This document shows, piece after piece, positions 49,440 to 59,056 of a stretch of DNA of 64,000 nucleotides. Each line of letters starts with the position of its first letter. Positions within the stretch are counted from its first letter, which is position 1. The notes beneath the pieces were generated by a model, which saw only the letters and a program-made list of their open reading frames with translations, did no database searches and had not been told where the DNA came from. This DNA comes from Spirochaetia bacterium (GTDB lineage: Bacteria > Spirochaetota > Spirochaetia > DSM-2461), in NCBI GenBank assembly GCA_963666985.2, contig CAXXIA010000002.1, positions 1,632,001 to 1,696,000 on the forward strand. The letters run 5' to 3'. A program made the translations under genes and the position numbers.

Positions 49440-51167
49440 TTACAATGATCCTTTACGCCGTTCAAGAATCCATTGGGTTACGGAAGCCGCCACCTCATCC
49501 AGCGGCATTTCAACTTTGCCGCCGTCCGCGCGGTATTTCACCTCGGCTTTGCCTTCGGCCACCGAACGGCCGCCGAAAACCACCTGCACCGGATACCCGA
49601 TGAGATCGGCGTCCTTGAATTTAAATCCGGCCCGCTCGTTTCTATCGTCGATAACAACATCGAGACCGGCCGCGGAAAACTCTTTATAAGCCTTTTCCGC
49701 GGCCTCCATTACAGCCTCGTCGTTTATCTGAAGCGGCAGAACAACAACTTCATAGGGAGCCACGGGAACCGGCCAGACGATGCCGTTCTCATCATGATTC
49801 TGCTCAATGGTCGCGGCCATGGTTCGCCCCACGCCGATTCCATAGCACCCCATTTCCGCCGGTTTCGCATCACCGTTTTCATCCAGATAAGTACAGTTCA
49901 TTTTTTCCGAGTATTTGGTTCCCAAATAGAAAACTTGTCCCACTTCAATACCGCGGTATTCCTCAAGTTTTCCCCCCTCGCACCTGGGGCAGGCATCGCC
50001 CGGAGCGGCGAAGGCAATGTCCAGGAACGTATCGGGGGTAAAATCGCGTCCGATATTCGCATTTTTCAAATGCTTATCGGTTTTATTCGCACCGCAGATC
50101 CAATTCACCCCTCCGGCCACGGAAAGATCCGCGATGATGGAGATTCCGGATAATCCCACCGGACCGACGTATCCCGGCTCAACACCAACCGCTTCTTTCA
50201 CAAGAGAATCGGAAGCAAGCCGCAGAGCGCCGGCTCCGAGAGCCGCCTGCAGCTTCGACTCATTAACATCCCTCTCCCCGGAAATCAGCACCACGACCGC
50301 TTTCGAATCGGCTTCATAAACAAGACTCTTCAGAAACCCCGAAGCGGATGCACCCATAAAGGCCGCGACATCTTCTATGGTTTTCTTTCCCGGAGTATCA
50401 ACTGTTTCGAGAGACTCAAATAAAGAAGCATCGGGTTCCTTGAAGGAACGGGGCGTCGTAGCCTTCTCAATGTTCGCCGCATAATCACAGCAGTCGCAGC
50501 TCAAAATCAAATCCTCGCCGGATTCCGCCAGAACCTGGAACTCATGGCTCATATCGCCGCCGATTTCTCCGGTGGCCGCGTCCACGGCCCGAAACCGGAC
50601 GCCGCAGCGCTTGAAAATCGCCGTATACGCTTCATACATCAGCCAATAAGACTTCTTGGCACCCTCTTCGTCCAAATCAAAGCTGTAGGCATCCTTCATG
50701 ATGAATTCGCGTCCCCTCATCAGTCCGAAGCGCGGGCGGAATTCATCACGAAATTTTCCCTGAATCTGATACAGATTCCAGGGAAGCTGCTTCCAGGAGC
50801 GAAGGTTCCGGCGGACCATGTCCGTAATCACTTCCTCGTGAGTCGGTCCCATGCAGTAATCATTGCCCTTGCGGTCCTTGAACCGAAGAAGCAGATCACC
50901 GTACAAATCCCATCGGCCGGATTCCTGCCAAAGTTCCGCCGGCAGGACGGACGGCATCAGAACTTCCTCGCATCCCCGTTCATCCAGTTCCTCCCGGATA
51001 ATTTTCTCAATCTTCCGTATGCTCCTGAGGGCCAGAGGAAGATAATTATAAATACCGCTGGAGAGCTGCTGAATCATTCCCGCGCGGAACATAAGCTGAT
51101 GACTGGGAATCTGGGCGTCCTTGGGGATTTCCTTGAGGGTTCTGTAGAACGAGTGACTAAGGCGCAT
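49440..51167 (-). CDS. proS: Proline--tRNA ligase (bacterial type with INS editing domain)
   Basis: SHQLMFRAG, GPTHEE, KFRDEFRPRFGLMRGREF, GIEVGQVF, MGCYGIGVGR; AGGAG RBS before ATG 51167. Confidence 0.97.
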   Translation of the reverse strand: MRLSHSFYRTLKEIPKDAQIPSHQLMFRAGMIQQLSSGIYNYLPLALRSIRKIEKIIREELDERGCEEVLMPSVLPAELWQESGRWDLYGDLLLRFKDRKGNDYCMGPTHEEVITDMVRRNLRSWKQLPWNLYQIQGKFRDEFRPRFGLMRGREFIMKDAYSFDLDEEGAKKSYWLMYEAYTAIFKRCGVRFRAVDAATGEIGGDMSHEFQVLAESGEDLILSCDCCDYAANIEKATTPRSFKEPDASLFESLETVDTPGKKTIEDVAAFMGASASGFLKSLVYEADSKAVVVLISGERDVNESKLQAALGAGALRLASDSLVKEAVGVEPGYVGPVGLSGISIIADLSVAGGVNWICGANKTDKHLKNANIGRDFTPDTFLDIAFAAPGDACPRCEGGKLEEYRGIEVGQVFYLGTKYSEKMNCTYLDENGDAKPAEMGCYGIGVGRTMAATIEQNHDENGIVWPVPVAPYEVVVLPLQINDEAVMEAAEKAYKEFSAAGLDVVIDDRNERAGFKFKDADLIGYPVQVVFGGRSVAEGKAEVKYRADGGKVEMPLDEVAASVTQWILERRKGSL

Positions 51168-51301
51168 GGTTCTTACTCCTGAAAACATCGAAACCCGCAC
51201 ATTCAGCGGGTTTCTTTTAAGGCTCTTTCGAGAAAAGATTATATGAATTCGTATCGATCGGCGATAGTCGTTCCCGCGCCGCCGTTTCGGGCGGCCGGAG
51301 A

Positions 51302-52009
51302 TTACTTAAGACTGAGCGTTTCCACCATGTAGCGAACCGAAAGGTCGGCGGACTCCTTGGCCACGACGATAACCAGCGATTTACCGCCGGGACCCGCCAA
51401 GACACGAACAATCTCGTAGGAAACAATCCCTTCGCGTTTTCTCTCCGGATTTCCCACCGAATATTCGGCACGGGCCCCGTTGGAATCCGTTACGGATATA
51501 CTGATATGAAACGACGCGGCGGCGGCTTCGGCGTCCCCTTCGTTCTCCTGATTCAAAGCGAGATTATATTCTCTTCCCCGTTCGAAATCCCTGAAAGAAA
51601 GCATTGAAGAAGATTCACCGTCGCTTTCCGCGGGCATTTCGGAATCATCCCCGTTGCTTCGGGTATAGAGCAGCCGGCCCTGTTCCAAATGATCAATCCC
51701 GTACCGCTTCTTAACCTCATACGCTTCGGAAAGAAGTTCGTACAAAGCCCCTCGAGAATTCCGGTTCGGAATCATGGGAACATTCCGGCCGACTTTCTTC
51801 CAGCCGCCGGGAACGTATTCGTTTCGTGCAACGTCCACAATGGCGACTTCGGCATAAACCTGACCGGCATTCGTTACGGAAACATGCTGGCCGAACATGA
51901 AATAACGGCCGTCGGGACTGAAGCCGAGATTCTCGAAAACGGCCAAGTCTCCGGCGAACGCCAACGTCGCCGTCAACGCCAGTAAAAGGGTAATGATCGA
52001 TCTTTTCAT
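51302..52009 (-). CDS. DUF2259-like exported protein
   Basis: Signal peptide then AGDLAVFENLGFSPDGRYFMFGQ; C-terminal RYMVET. Confidence 0.72.
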   Translation of the reverse strand: MKRSIITLLLALTATLAFAGDLAVFENLGFSPDGRYFMFGQHVSVTNAGQVYAEVAIVDVARNEYVPGGWKKVGRNVPMIPNRNSRGALYELLSEAYEVKKRYGIDHLEQGRLLYTRSNGDDSEMPAESDGESSSMLSFRDFERGREYNLALNQENEGDAEAAAASFHISISVTDSNGARAEYSVGNPERKREGIVSYEIVRVLAGPGGKSLVIVVAKESADLSVRYMVETLSLK

Positions 52010-52157
52010 GGTGATTACCTCGATTCTCTCATCGACCAATTCCTTTGGCGACATGAGGTTTTTCCATCCGTGACCGCCATGAAAAGGTCTTTCAAGATGA
52101 GATGCGGATGTTTTTCCTCTTGGCCGCCCCGATTGTTCGTGTCATTCTATCAATACG

Positions 52158-52985
52158 ATGACACTGACTTCCCGCCGTATTGTTCTCATCATCCTCTTTG
52201 TTCCGGCCGCTGCGGCCGTTCTTCTTGTCGCGGCAATCTGGATTTCCAAGTTTAAGGGATTTTACGCGGCCGATTATCAAATACCTTCCGTTACCGCCGT
52301 TTGGTGGTCCACGTGGCGTCCGGCGGCGGCTTCGGATCTGTCATGGGCCATGGGCGGAATCACGTTTCTTACCGTCTTTCCGGTCATCGGAGAAGCCTTC
52401 CTTCGCCGATCGTTTAAGCGAAGTCCGTCTCCCGAAGTCTTCTTCTTCCGAATCTTTATGCTGACTCTTCCTTTTAATGTTTTCAGACTCTTTCTTCCCG
52501 AAGTTTCAGCGGGTGTTCTTCCCGCCGCATGGGGGCTGATGGCAACGCGCATCGTCTGGTTCGCCCGGTTCTTCGGTTTTGCCGCATTGCTCAATATCGG
52601 AGCATTCGCCGCGGATATTCCGTTTCGCCGGTCGGGGCCGATTCTCGGAATGGGAGCTCTTGCGGCCACCGTTATCGCGGCGATGCTGCCGCTGGACGTA
52701 ACACAGCCGATCGGCAACCTGTTATATCGGGAAGGAACCGAAACGGCCTTGGCGCTGAGCTGTGTTTTTATGGAAATTCTGGCGGTTCTCTGTCTTACGG
52801 GCGTTTCCGCCTCACGGGCGAATCCGCGCTATTTTACGCTTTCGGCGGCGCTTTTTATTGTTGTTTTCGGAGCCGATCTCATCTTTTTCGTCTCAACGCC
52901 CCTCATTATACCTGGTGCCGCCGCTCTGATTATCGGATTCCTGCTTTTTGTCGATCAGGTCAGAAAAATCTACCAGTGGCTGTAG
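52158..52985 (+). CDS. Hypothetical membrane protein
   Basis: About 8 TM segments; FKRSPSPEVFFF. Confidence 0.7.
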   Translation: MTLTSRRIVLIILFVPAAAAVLLVAAIWISKFKGFYAADYQIPSVTAVWWSTWRPAAASDLSWAMGGITFLTVFPVIGEAFLRRSFKRSPSPEVFFFRIFMLTLPFNVFRLFLPEVSAGVLPAAWGLMATRIVWFARFFGFAALLNIGAFAADIPFRRSGPILGMGALAATVIAAMLPLDVTQPIGNLLYREGTETALALSCVFMEILAVLCLTGVSASRANPRYFTLSAALFIVVFGADLIFFVSTPLIIPGAAALIIGFLLFVDQVRKIYQWL

Positions 52986-53000
52986 CGGACGGTTAAAAAA

Positions 53001-53092
53001 TAAGACTTTCTCAAAAATAGGCTCGCTGTCATCGGAGCACAGAAAGCGGAATGCTGCATACGGGTTAAAGGCGCCTTTTTGAGAAAGCCTTA
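53001..53092. mobile_element. MITE-like element, copy 2 (internally deleted, ~92 bp)
   Basis: TAAGACTTTCTCAAAAA ... TTTTTGAGAAAGCCTTA (16/17 inverted match); internal CGGAGCACAGAAAGCG and GCTGCATACG match copy 1. Confidence 0.68.
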
Positions 53093-53704
53093 AATAAAGA
53101 ACATCATGATCAGCCCCGTTCCCAGGGGAATGATAAGATTGTCGATATTCTTCAAGGGGATAAGTTCCAAAACCGTGGCGATCGCAGCCGCAAAAAGAGA
53201 CAGCGGAACAGTCCGGATAACGGAATAAGAACTCGCGAAAACCGCCAAAAAGCAGGCCAGGGTTCCGGCGACGGTTTTTCTTCCGTTTCTATACACAAGA
53301 CGGCGGCCCCAAAGTTTGCCCACAAGGCTTGCTATTCCATCTCCGAAAGCAAGGGCGTAAATGGCGATGGAGGCGGCCGGATCGGGATAGTAACACAGGG
53401 CCGCCATGGCTCCCAATCCCAAAGTGACCGGCCCCCAGACAAATCCGCCTTCACTTTGACGCGCCGCTAATGCGGTCATCCGTGAGATAAAACCATACCT
53501 TCCGCCGGAAATTCTGGCTGTTTCATTGGCGATGTAAAAAAGAATCCCTCCCGCAAGCAGCAGGACGGTCGCCGCGAAATTCCATTTCGCGAGAGTCGGA
53601 ACAAACGCAATAGTTACATGAATCGACTTTCTGACGATTTCTTTAGCTATGGGATTTATGGTAATCGCAATACTATGGATTTTCATCTGCATTATTCCAT
53701 TCAA
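53090..53704 (-). CDS. Polyprenol/dolichol/phytol kinase (cytidylyltransferase-family) membrane protein
   Basis: RKSIH, LAFGDGIASLVG, KTVAGT, IDNLIIP; start uncertain. Confidence 0.82.
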   Translation of the reverse strand: MNGIMQMKIHSIAITINPIAKEIVRKSIHVTIAFVPTLAKWNFAATVLLLAGGILFYIANETARISGGRYGFISRMTALAARQSEGGFVWGPVTLGLGAMAALCYYPDPAASIAIYALAFGDGIASLVGKLWGRRLVYRNGRKTVAGTLACFLAVFASSYSVIRTVPLSLFAAAIATVLELIPLKNIDNLIIPLGTGLIMMFFI

Positions 53705-53846
53705 TGGATTTTCGATGCATTTTTGATGATTTTTAATTCAAATCCGAAAAATTCAGACTTAAATTATATTCTTTTTCCTCTGGAATATTCAATATCGTAA
53801 ATCGGCGGACCGTATGCAAATTCAATCGGCAAAAAATACAATTTTT

Positions 53847-55010
53847 TTATTCATTTTCAGTCAAATCGACTTCGGAAAGGGCTATTCCGAACCAATCATC
53901 GATTCCGTTAAGGCGATCCGGCAAGGAGCCAAGCGGATACCGGCTCGTCATTTCCGCGACAAGCCAGGTCGAATCACCTTCGCCGTACCTTAAGCCTTCG
54001 CCCGGTACATCAAGCGCGGCAAGCGCATGCTTTGCACGCTGGGAAAGCAGCAATCTGCCGCCGACACCATAGCCGTCCATCAGAATCAGAAGCGCCAGCC
54101 CTAAAGAATCGCAGTCCCCAACTCCGGCGGCGCACGCCGCGGAGGGTGCCAAAAGATCGGAAAAACCGTCGGTGGATCCGTACGTAAATCCCTGAAACCA
54201 GGAAAGAAGCGTTTCGGCCGCCTCTTTACCGCTTGTTACACCAGGCGGCAGGGGGCCGCTCTTGAGCGCTTCCGCCAAGGGTTCCAAACGGCTGTAGCTG
54301 TCCCGGTAGATCATTTTGTAATACCGTTCCCAGGCCGAATAAAACAGCTGCGGGGTGTTGCCGTAATACGAAAGAACCACGGCTTCACGTTCGATAACGT
54401 CTTGAGCGGCCATGTCGGCCGCGGGGCTCCGTGTCCATGTCAGCCTCTGACCTTCAAGCGGCACCGAAACAGCCTCTTCTCCTTCTTCACCGGTCAGCTC
54501 AAGAAACCGGCCCATGGCGCCGGGAGTACGAAGCCAGTATTCGGAAGGAGCATAAGAATCGATTACCGAAAGCAAAAACGGCTGCATCGCTTCGAAATCC
54601 TCTTCTCCGGCAATGGCGGAAATCCTGACATCCGGTCCCGAACCGATGACCATGAGGAACCATCCCCGAACGGTTCCGGACGACGTGGGAAACGTCCAAT
54701 CGGCCAGCGCGACACGCCCGTCCCAGCAGGAAAACGCCGCAACATCGCCTTCGGCGCCTTCGGGACGAACGTTATCGACAAATTCCTGCAGATCTTCCCA
54801 GGAACCCGGAGCCCAAAGCATAACTTCCGCGGCGGCCGCTCTGTCCGGAGAATACCAGGAAGGAATCGAGGGATCGCCGTCGGAAAGTTCCCAAGCTTCG
54901 GGAATATCCAAAATCGGACCGCCGTGAAGAGAAATCTGATAAGCCGAAAGGTTTCCTAAAGTAAAGAACAGAAAAAGAAGAACCGCGGATGCCCGCGAAG
55001 TCCGAATCAT
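53847..55010 (-). CDS. Hypothetical exported protein with transglutaminase-like motif
   Basis: Signal peptide; GDCDS...HA...E. Confidence 0.6.
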   Translation of the reverse strand: MIRTSRASAVLLFLFFTLGNLSAYQISLHGGPILDIPEAWELSDGDPSIPSWYSPDRAAAAEVMLWAPGSWEDLQEFVDNVRPEGAEGDVAAFSCWDGRVALADWTFPTSSGTVRGWFLMVIGSGPDVRISAIAGEEDFEAMQPFLLSVIDSYAPSEYWLRTPGAMGRFLELTGEEGEEAVSVPLEGQRLTWTRSPAADMAAQDVIEREAVVLSYYGNTPQLFYSAWERYYKMIYRDSYSRLEPLAEALKSGPLPPGVTSGKEAAETLLSWFQGFTYGSTDGFSDLLAPSAACAAGVGDCDSLGLALLILMDGYGVGGRLLLSQRAKHALAALDVPGEGLRYGEGDSTWLVAEMTSRYPLGSLPDRLNGIDDWFGIALSEVDLTENE

Positions 55011-57724
55011 ATCGACCTTTTCTCCAATTGACCCTTTTCGCGGTTGAAGGAAATACGAACCCTGGAAAGCGGATCGGAAACCTTCAGAAGGCGTCCGTGG
55101 CTTTCAAAAGTCGTTCCCGGCCAAATTGTACCGGTCACAAGAATTTCCGATTCGAAGTGACGCTCAAATTTTTCCCGGAGCAGGAACAGCTTAAGATTCT
55201 TTTTTTCCAGCATTTTTACGGCATCCACTTTCTTCTGCCGGATCGGAATAAGTTTGGCCGAAGCGCCTTTTTGCTCCAAATCTTCCATTAATTTATCGGT
55301 TTTTGAGATAAAATCTTGGATTTTCTCGATTTCTTTTTGAACCTGATCGATCTGACTCTCAACCAGATAATCCTGCCCGAACGAGATAACGGTATCCACT
55401 TCCCGTTCGTTTCCCACATCTTTACAGATGAGTCCGTCTTTCAATTTCATCACGCCGCCGATGAGTTTGCCTTCTCCTCCCTGGAATTCAAGTTTTCCGT
55501 TGCATTTCACGCGGCAGTTCATCAGTGCACGTACAACAAAAATATTTCCCGTGGTAAGAAGATTGGCGTCTTCGGCGTAATTCATGGTCAGATTGCCCTG
55601 GGTTCGGATAACGGCCTTTCCTTCACCCTTGATTCCCTTGCCGATGAAAATATCGCCGCCCGAATTAACCAGGGCCGCTTGAACAACCTGTGTAACGTGC
55701 ACCCCCTCCCCGCCGTCCACGACGACACGGGAAAGAATGGAACCGTCGATTTTAACGGTTCCCGGAAAACGAACCCCCCCGGAGGCAAGGGAAATATCAC
55801 CGACATAATCCAGGATATCCTGAATTCTCAGCTGGCCTTCGCTCAATACAAGATGGCCGCCCTTCGCCGCCGTTAAAGTGAGACTGCCGTCGTCGTTTTT
55901 GTTCCGGTCGATGTTCTCCCCGATTTTAAGAGAAGCATTGTCGTCCAAAAGAGGCTCTCCGAGCACGTTCCAGCCGCTTTCCTCGCCGGAGGAGGCCATA
56001 ACGCCGACAACATCTCCCGCTTTTACGGGCACCGGCGCCTGGGCGGGATCTCCGGTAACATTTAAAGACAAACGCCCTCCGCCTTCCATCGGCAGACGCC
56101 CTTCGGCAATGAGGCAGCCGGTGATTATTTCACCGGTTAAGGACCGTTCGGTTACATCGGAAATTTTTTCTTCGGAAAGGCCTTTGACAACACCGGCTTT
56201 CTCGGCTTCTTCCCGAATGCGTTCCGGCGTTATCGGCGCACCCGTACCCACCGGAAGTCTCGTGGAAACAAAAGCCTTGATTTTATCATCGGATACGGTA
56301 ATTCGAATGGGAGCGTCCCGGTGCGGACGAATCCGTACATGCGTTACGGAATCGGAAGTCTTCCCTATATCAAGCACACCGCTTTCCGTGGCGACAATGT
56401 TGGTATCGTCCCACCGCAAACCTTCGTGGATTCGAATATCGGGATCGTTTCCGGGAAAACCGGGAATCTCCTTACCGTCGATATTCTTTCCGGCTTTTCC
56501 GATTTTTGCCGCTCCCAGCCTGCCGACGGCCTGGCCCGATTCAACCCGGGCCATTTTAGAAACAGCCTCGGGCGGAAATTCCTTGAGTGAAAGAATTCCT
56601 CTGACTTTATCCGGTTCGGAAAGAAGACGTTCTCTGATGGGAGCGGCTTCATCTTCCTCCAAAAAAGGAACAAGACTTTCAACTTCCCTATCGGGACCGC
56701 GTTCGGGCTCGACTCCTTTCTTCAAATGAAGAACGCCGGAAGTCTGTTCACTCTTCCAGAACGACATGATATCCGCTTTAACCGCGGGTCCGTCCAGCCC
56801 GCGGAGTCCGCTGTTTCGAATCACGGCGGCGATTTCATTCAGAACAAGAGGCTTTCCGTCTCCGGTATTTTTTCTCAGACGAAGATCCGCGCGGGTGCGT
56901 AGTTCATCAATATCAAGAATCATGGAACCGTCGGTATCCCTGGAAATAGGGATTTTTTCCAGAACGGCGCCCTCATCCGCGGATTGAGCGACAAGAGCCC
57001 GAATTTCCTCATCCGAAAGGAGTTTTTCAGGAAGATATCCGCACTTGCCGGCGGCTATAATCAAATCCGAAACCGCCGGTACAGGCAAAGAGGTATGGCC
57101 CGGCCGATAATCCAGAAAACATCCGCCCTTATCAATTCCGCCGGTAACGGACCAATCATGAAGAGAACAGGGAACTAAATCGGCGGCATCGGCGGCCATA
57201 CGGATAATTCCGCCGACGGCCGCTATAAGATGTTCTCCTCGAATTTCAAGGTTGTCGCCGATTTCAAAATCGGTTCCTTCCTGTTCTGGCGGTTCTATCG
57301 GATCCCGGTTTAATGCCAATCCGGCCCGCGCCGTAACGGCGGGAATCACGGTGCCGACGATACCGTCCTCCGCCGACCAGCCGTACGTAATCTCCCCTTC
57401 CGGCGGATCAACACCCTCCAAAACGGCTTCAAGCGCCGCCTCAACATCCCGCGGCAGGGGTTTTGCTTCGATCGTTACCCGGAAAGGAGTCGGCGCGACC
57501 GGTTCAACACCCGATGCGACAACATCGGTTTCCGCCGGTTCTTCATGAGAGGAAAAAAACTTAAGCGCTTTTTCAAGAACGGAATCGGGAACCTCGACGC
57601 GAATATCCTCCTTGGATAAAAGCGACCTCAGTTCTTCCAAGTTCCATTCGGTTCCCGAAGAATCCGGTGTCCAAACGAACCGGGCTTCGAGACCGTCTTT
57701 CTTGATTTCGACATGACCTTTCAT
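55007..57724 (-). CDS. FapA / DUF342 family protein
   Basis: Repeated N-terminal modules, ISLASGGVRFPG beta-helix region, coiled coil, IWPGT; likely start MKGHVEIK. Confidence 0.82.
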   Translation of the reverse strand: MKGHVEIKKDGLEARFVWTPDSSGTEWNLEELRSLLSKEDIRVEVPDSVLEKALKFFSSHEEPAETDVVASGVEPVAPTPFRVTIEAKPLPRDVEAALEAVLEGVDPPEGEITYGWSAEDGIVGTVIPAVTARAGLALNRDPIEPPEQEGTDFEIGDNLEIRGEHLIAAVGGIIRMAADAADLVPCSLHDWSVTGGIDKGGCFLDYRPGHTSLPVPAVSDLIIAAGKCGYLPEKLLSDEEIRALVAQSADEGAVLEKIPISRDTDGSMILDIDELRTRADLRLRKNTGDGKPLVLNEIAAVIRNSGLRGLDGPAVKADIMSFWKSEQTSGVLHLKKGVEPERGPDREVESLVPFLEEDEAAPIRERLLSEPDKVRGILSLKEFPPEAVSKMARVESGQAVGRLGAAKIGKAGKNIDGKEIPGFPGNDPDIRIHEGLRWDDTNIVATESGVLDIGKTSDSVTHVRIRPHRDAPIRITVSDDKIKAFVSTRLPVGTGAPITPERIREEAEKAGVVKGLSEEKISDVTERSLTGEIITGCLIAEGRLPMEGGGRLSLNVTGDPAQAPVPVKAGDVVGVMASSGEESGWNVLGEPLLDDNASLKIGENIDRNKNDDGSLTLTAAKGGHLVLSEGQLRIQDILDYVGDISLASGGVRFPGTVKIDGSILSRVVVDGGEGVHVTQVVQAALVNSGGDIFIGKGIKGEGKAVIRTQGNLTMNYAEDANLLTTGNIFVVRALMNCRVKCNGKLEFQGGEGKLIGGVMKLKDGLICKDVGNEREVDTVISFGQDYLVESQIDQVQKEIEKIQDFISKTDKLMEDLEQKGASAKLIPIRQKKVDAVKMLEKKNLKLFLLREKFERHFESEILVTGTIWPGTTFESHGRLLKVSDPLSRVRISFNREKGQLEKRSI

Positions 57725-57734
57725 TGTATTGGAA

Positions 57735-58877
57735 CTAAACCTCGAATCCCTGTTCCGCCGCTTCAACAATCTTTTTCTTGAGGAAACGGTTTTCCGTCTT
57801 CAGGGTTCTGATATCCATTTGCTGCGTCCGTATCGTTTCAATCAAATCCCCCTGAGACAGGGCTCCGCTGTGAAGAAGCTCTTCAAGCGAAGAAATCTTA
57901 CTGTTGAAGTCGGCCTCGGCTTCGAGTTCCGCTTCCTTAAATCTATCGTCGGCTTCAAGATTCGTCAGGGGACCCGTATCGTCTTCATCAACCTCGAGAA
58001 TCTTATCGGCAAGGCGAAGAATGGCCTGAGAGAGAACCGTCTGAGGTTTATACGCGATAATCGGCAGGCTCGATCTCTGAGCCGCGTCCTGCATCTGATC
58101 CCGGTAGATCACGCCCAAGCTGTCCATCTCTATGCCGAGATATTCGCGGGCGGAAATTCGCAGTCTGTGGCTGCGGGATACGTCTTTGGGATCGTCGAGC
58201 ATATTCATTACGAGTCTCGGACGCAGATGAGAGGCTTTCGAAATATAATTTTCATACACATCGGAATCGATCTTCCTGATGGCTTCCAAAAGCCGGTTCA
58301 AATGCACTTTCTGAAGAGAGGTTCCGTCCTTCCGAAGATCTTCCATATAGGAATGGACGGGTGAATCCTTGCCGTACGATCCGGATAATATTCTGAAAAC
58401 GGCGTTTTTTAAGAAAAGATAGGCGTTCAGGGTTGAAGTCAGCGCCGGAGTCGCCACGACGATACCGCATCCGGAAAGGAGAAAGAAATCAATCGTATTG
58501 AAGCTCGTGCCGGCTCCCAAATCCAAAATAAGATAATCGGCATCCAGATTCCGCAGGGCATTAACCAGCCGTTTTTTGGTAGGAACCGAAACGTTGGCCG
58601 CGCCGGGAAGCTCGGCTTCTCCCGGAATAAACCTCAACCCTTTCCAGGATGTCGGATAAATAATCTGATTTATATCGATCTTCGTATTGTTAAGGAACGT
58701 TCCGATTCCCCGCGTACCCACATGTTCACCGAGAATAAGATGAAGATTCGAACCGCCGAGATCCAAATCCGCCAAAATGACTTGTTTGTCCACTTGCGCC
58801 AGAGCAATGGCCAAATTCGCGGAAATCAGGGATTTTCCTACACCGCCTTTGCCGCTGGCGACCGCGATGATCTGCAT
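57735..58877 (-). CDS. MinD/FlhG-like P-loop ATPase
   Basis: ASGKGGVGKS, DLDLGGSNL, DLGAG. Confidence 0.88.
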   Translation of the reverse strand: MQIIAVASGKGGVGKSLISANLAIALAQVDKQVILADLDLGGSNLHLILGEHVGTRGIGTFLNNTKIDINQIIYPTSWKGLRFIPGEAELPGAANVSVPTKKRLVNALRNLDADYLILDLGAGTSFNTIDFFLLSGCGIVVATPALTSTLNAYLFLKNAVFRILSGSYGKDSPVHSYMEDLRKDGTSLQKVHLNRLLEAIRKIDSDVYENYISKASHLRPRLVMNMLDDPKDVSRSHRLRISAREYLGIEMDSLGVIYRDQMQDAAQRSSLPIIAYKPQTVLSQAILRLADKILEVDEDDTGPLTNLEADDRFKEAELEAEADFNSKISSLEELLHSGALSQGDLIETIRTQQMDIRTLKTENRFLKKKIVEAAEQGFEV

Positions 58878-59006
58878 CCCCACCCCCCGGAATCTCGACC
58901 CTCATTGTCGGCAAAGGTTTGAAAGAAAAAACTTTACGCGAACGAAGGTATGAAAGGATACAAATAGCATAAGCTGGAGGATTCAACGGGTCAAGCGATG
59001 GATCGG

Positions 59007-59035
59007 TTGACAAGGATTAAGGGGGAACCGACAAT
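59007..59035 (+). promoter_or_regulatory. Candidate sigma70 promoter for the ctpA unit
   Basis: TTGACA-N17-GACAAT upstream of ATG 59057. Confidence 0.55.
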
Positions 59036-59056
59036 CCGGAAGAGAAGGACCCCAAC

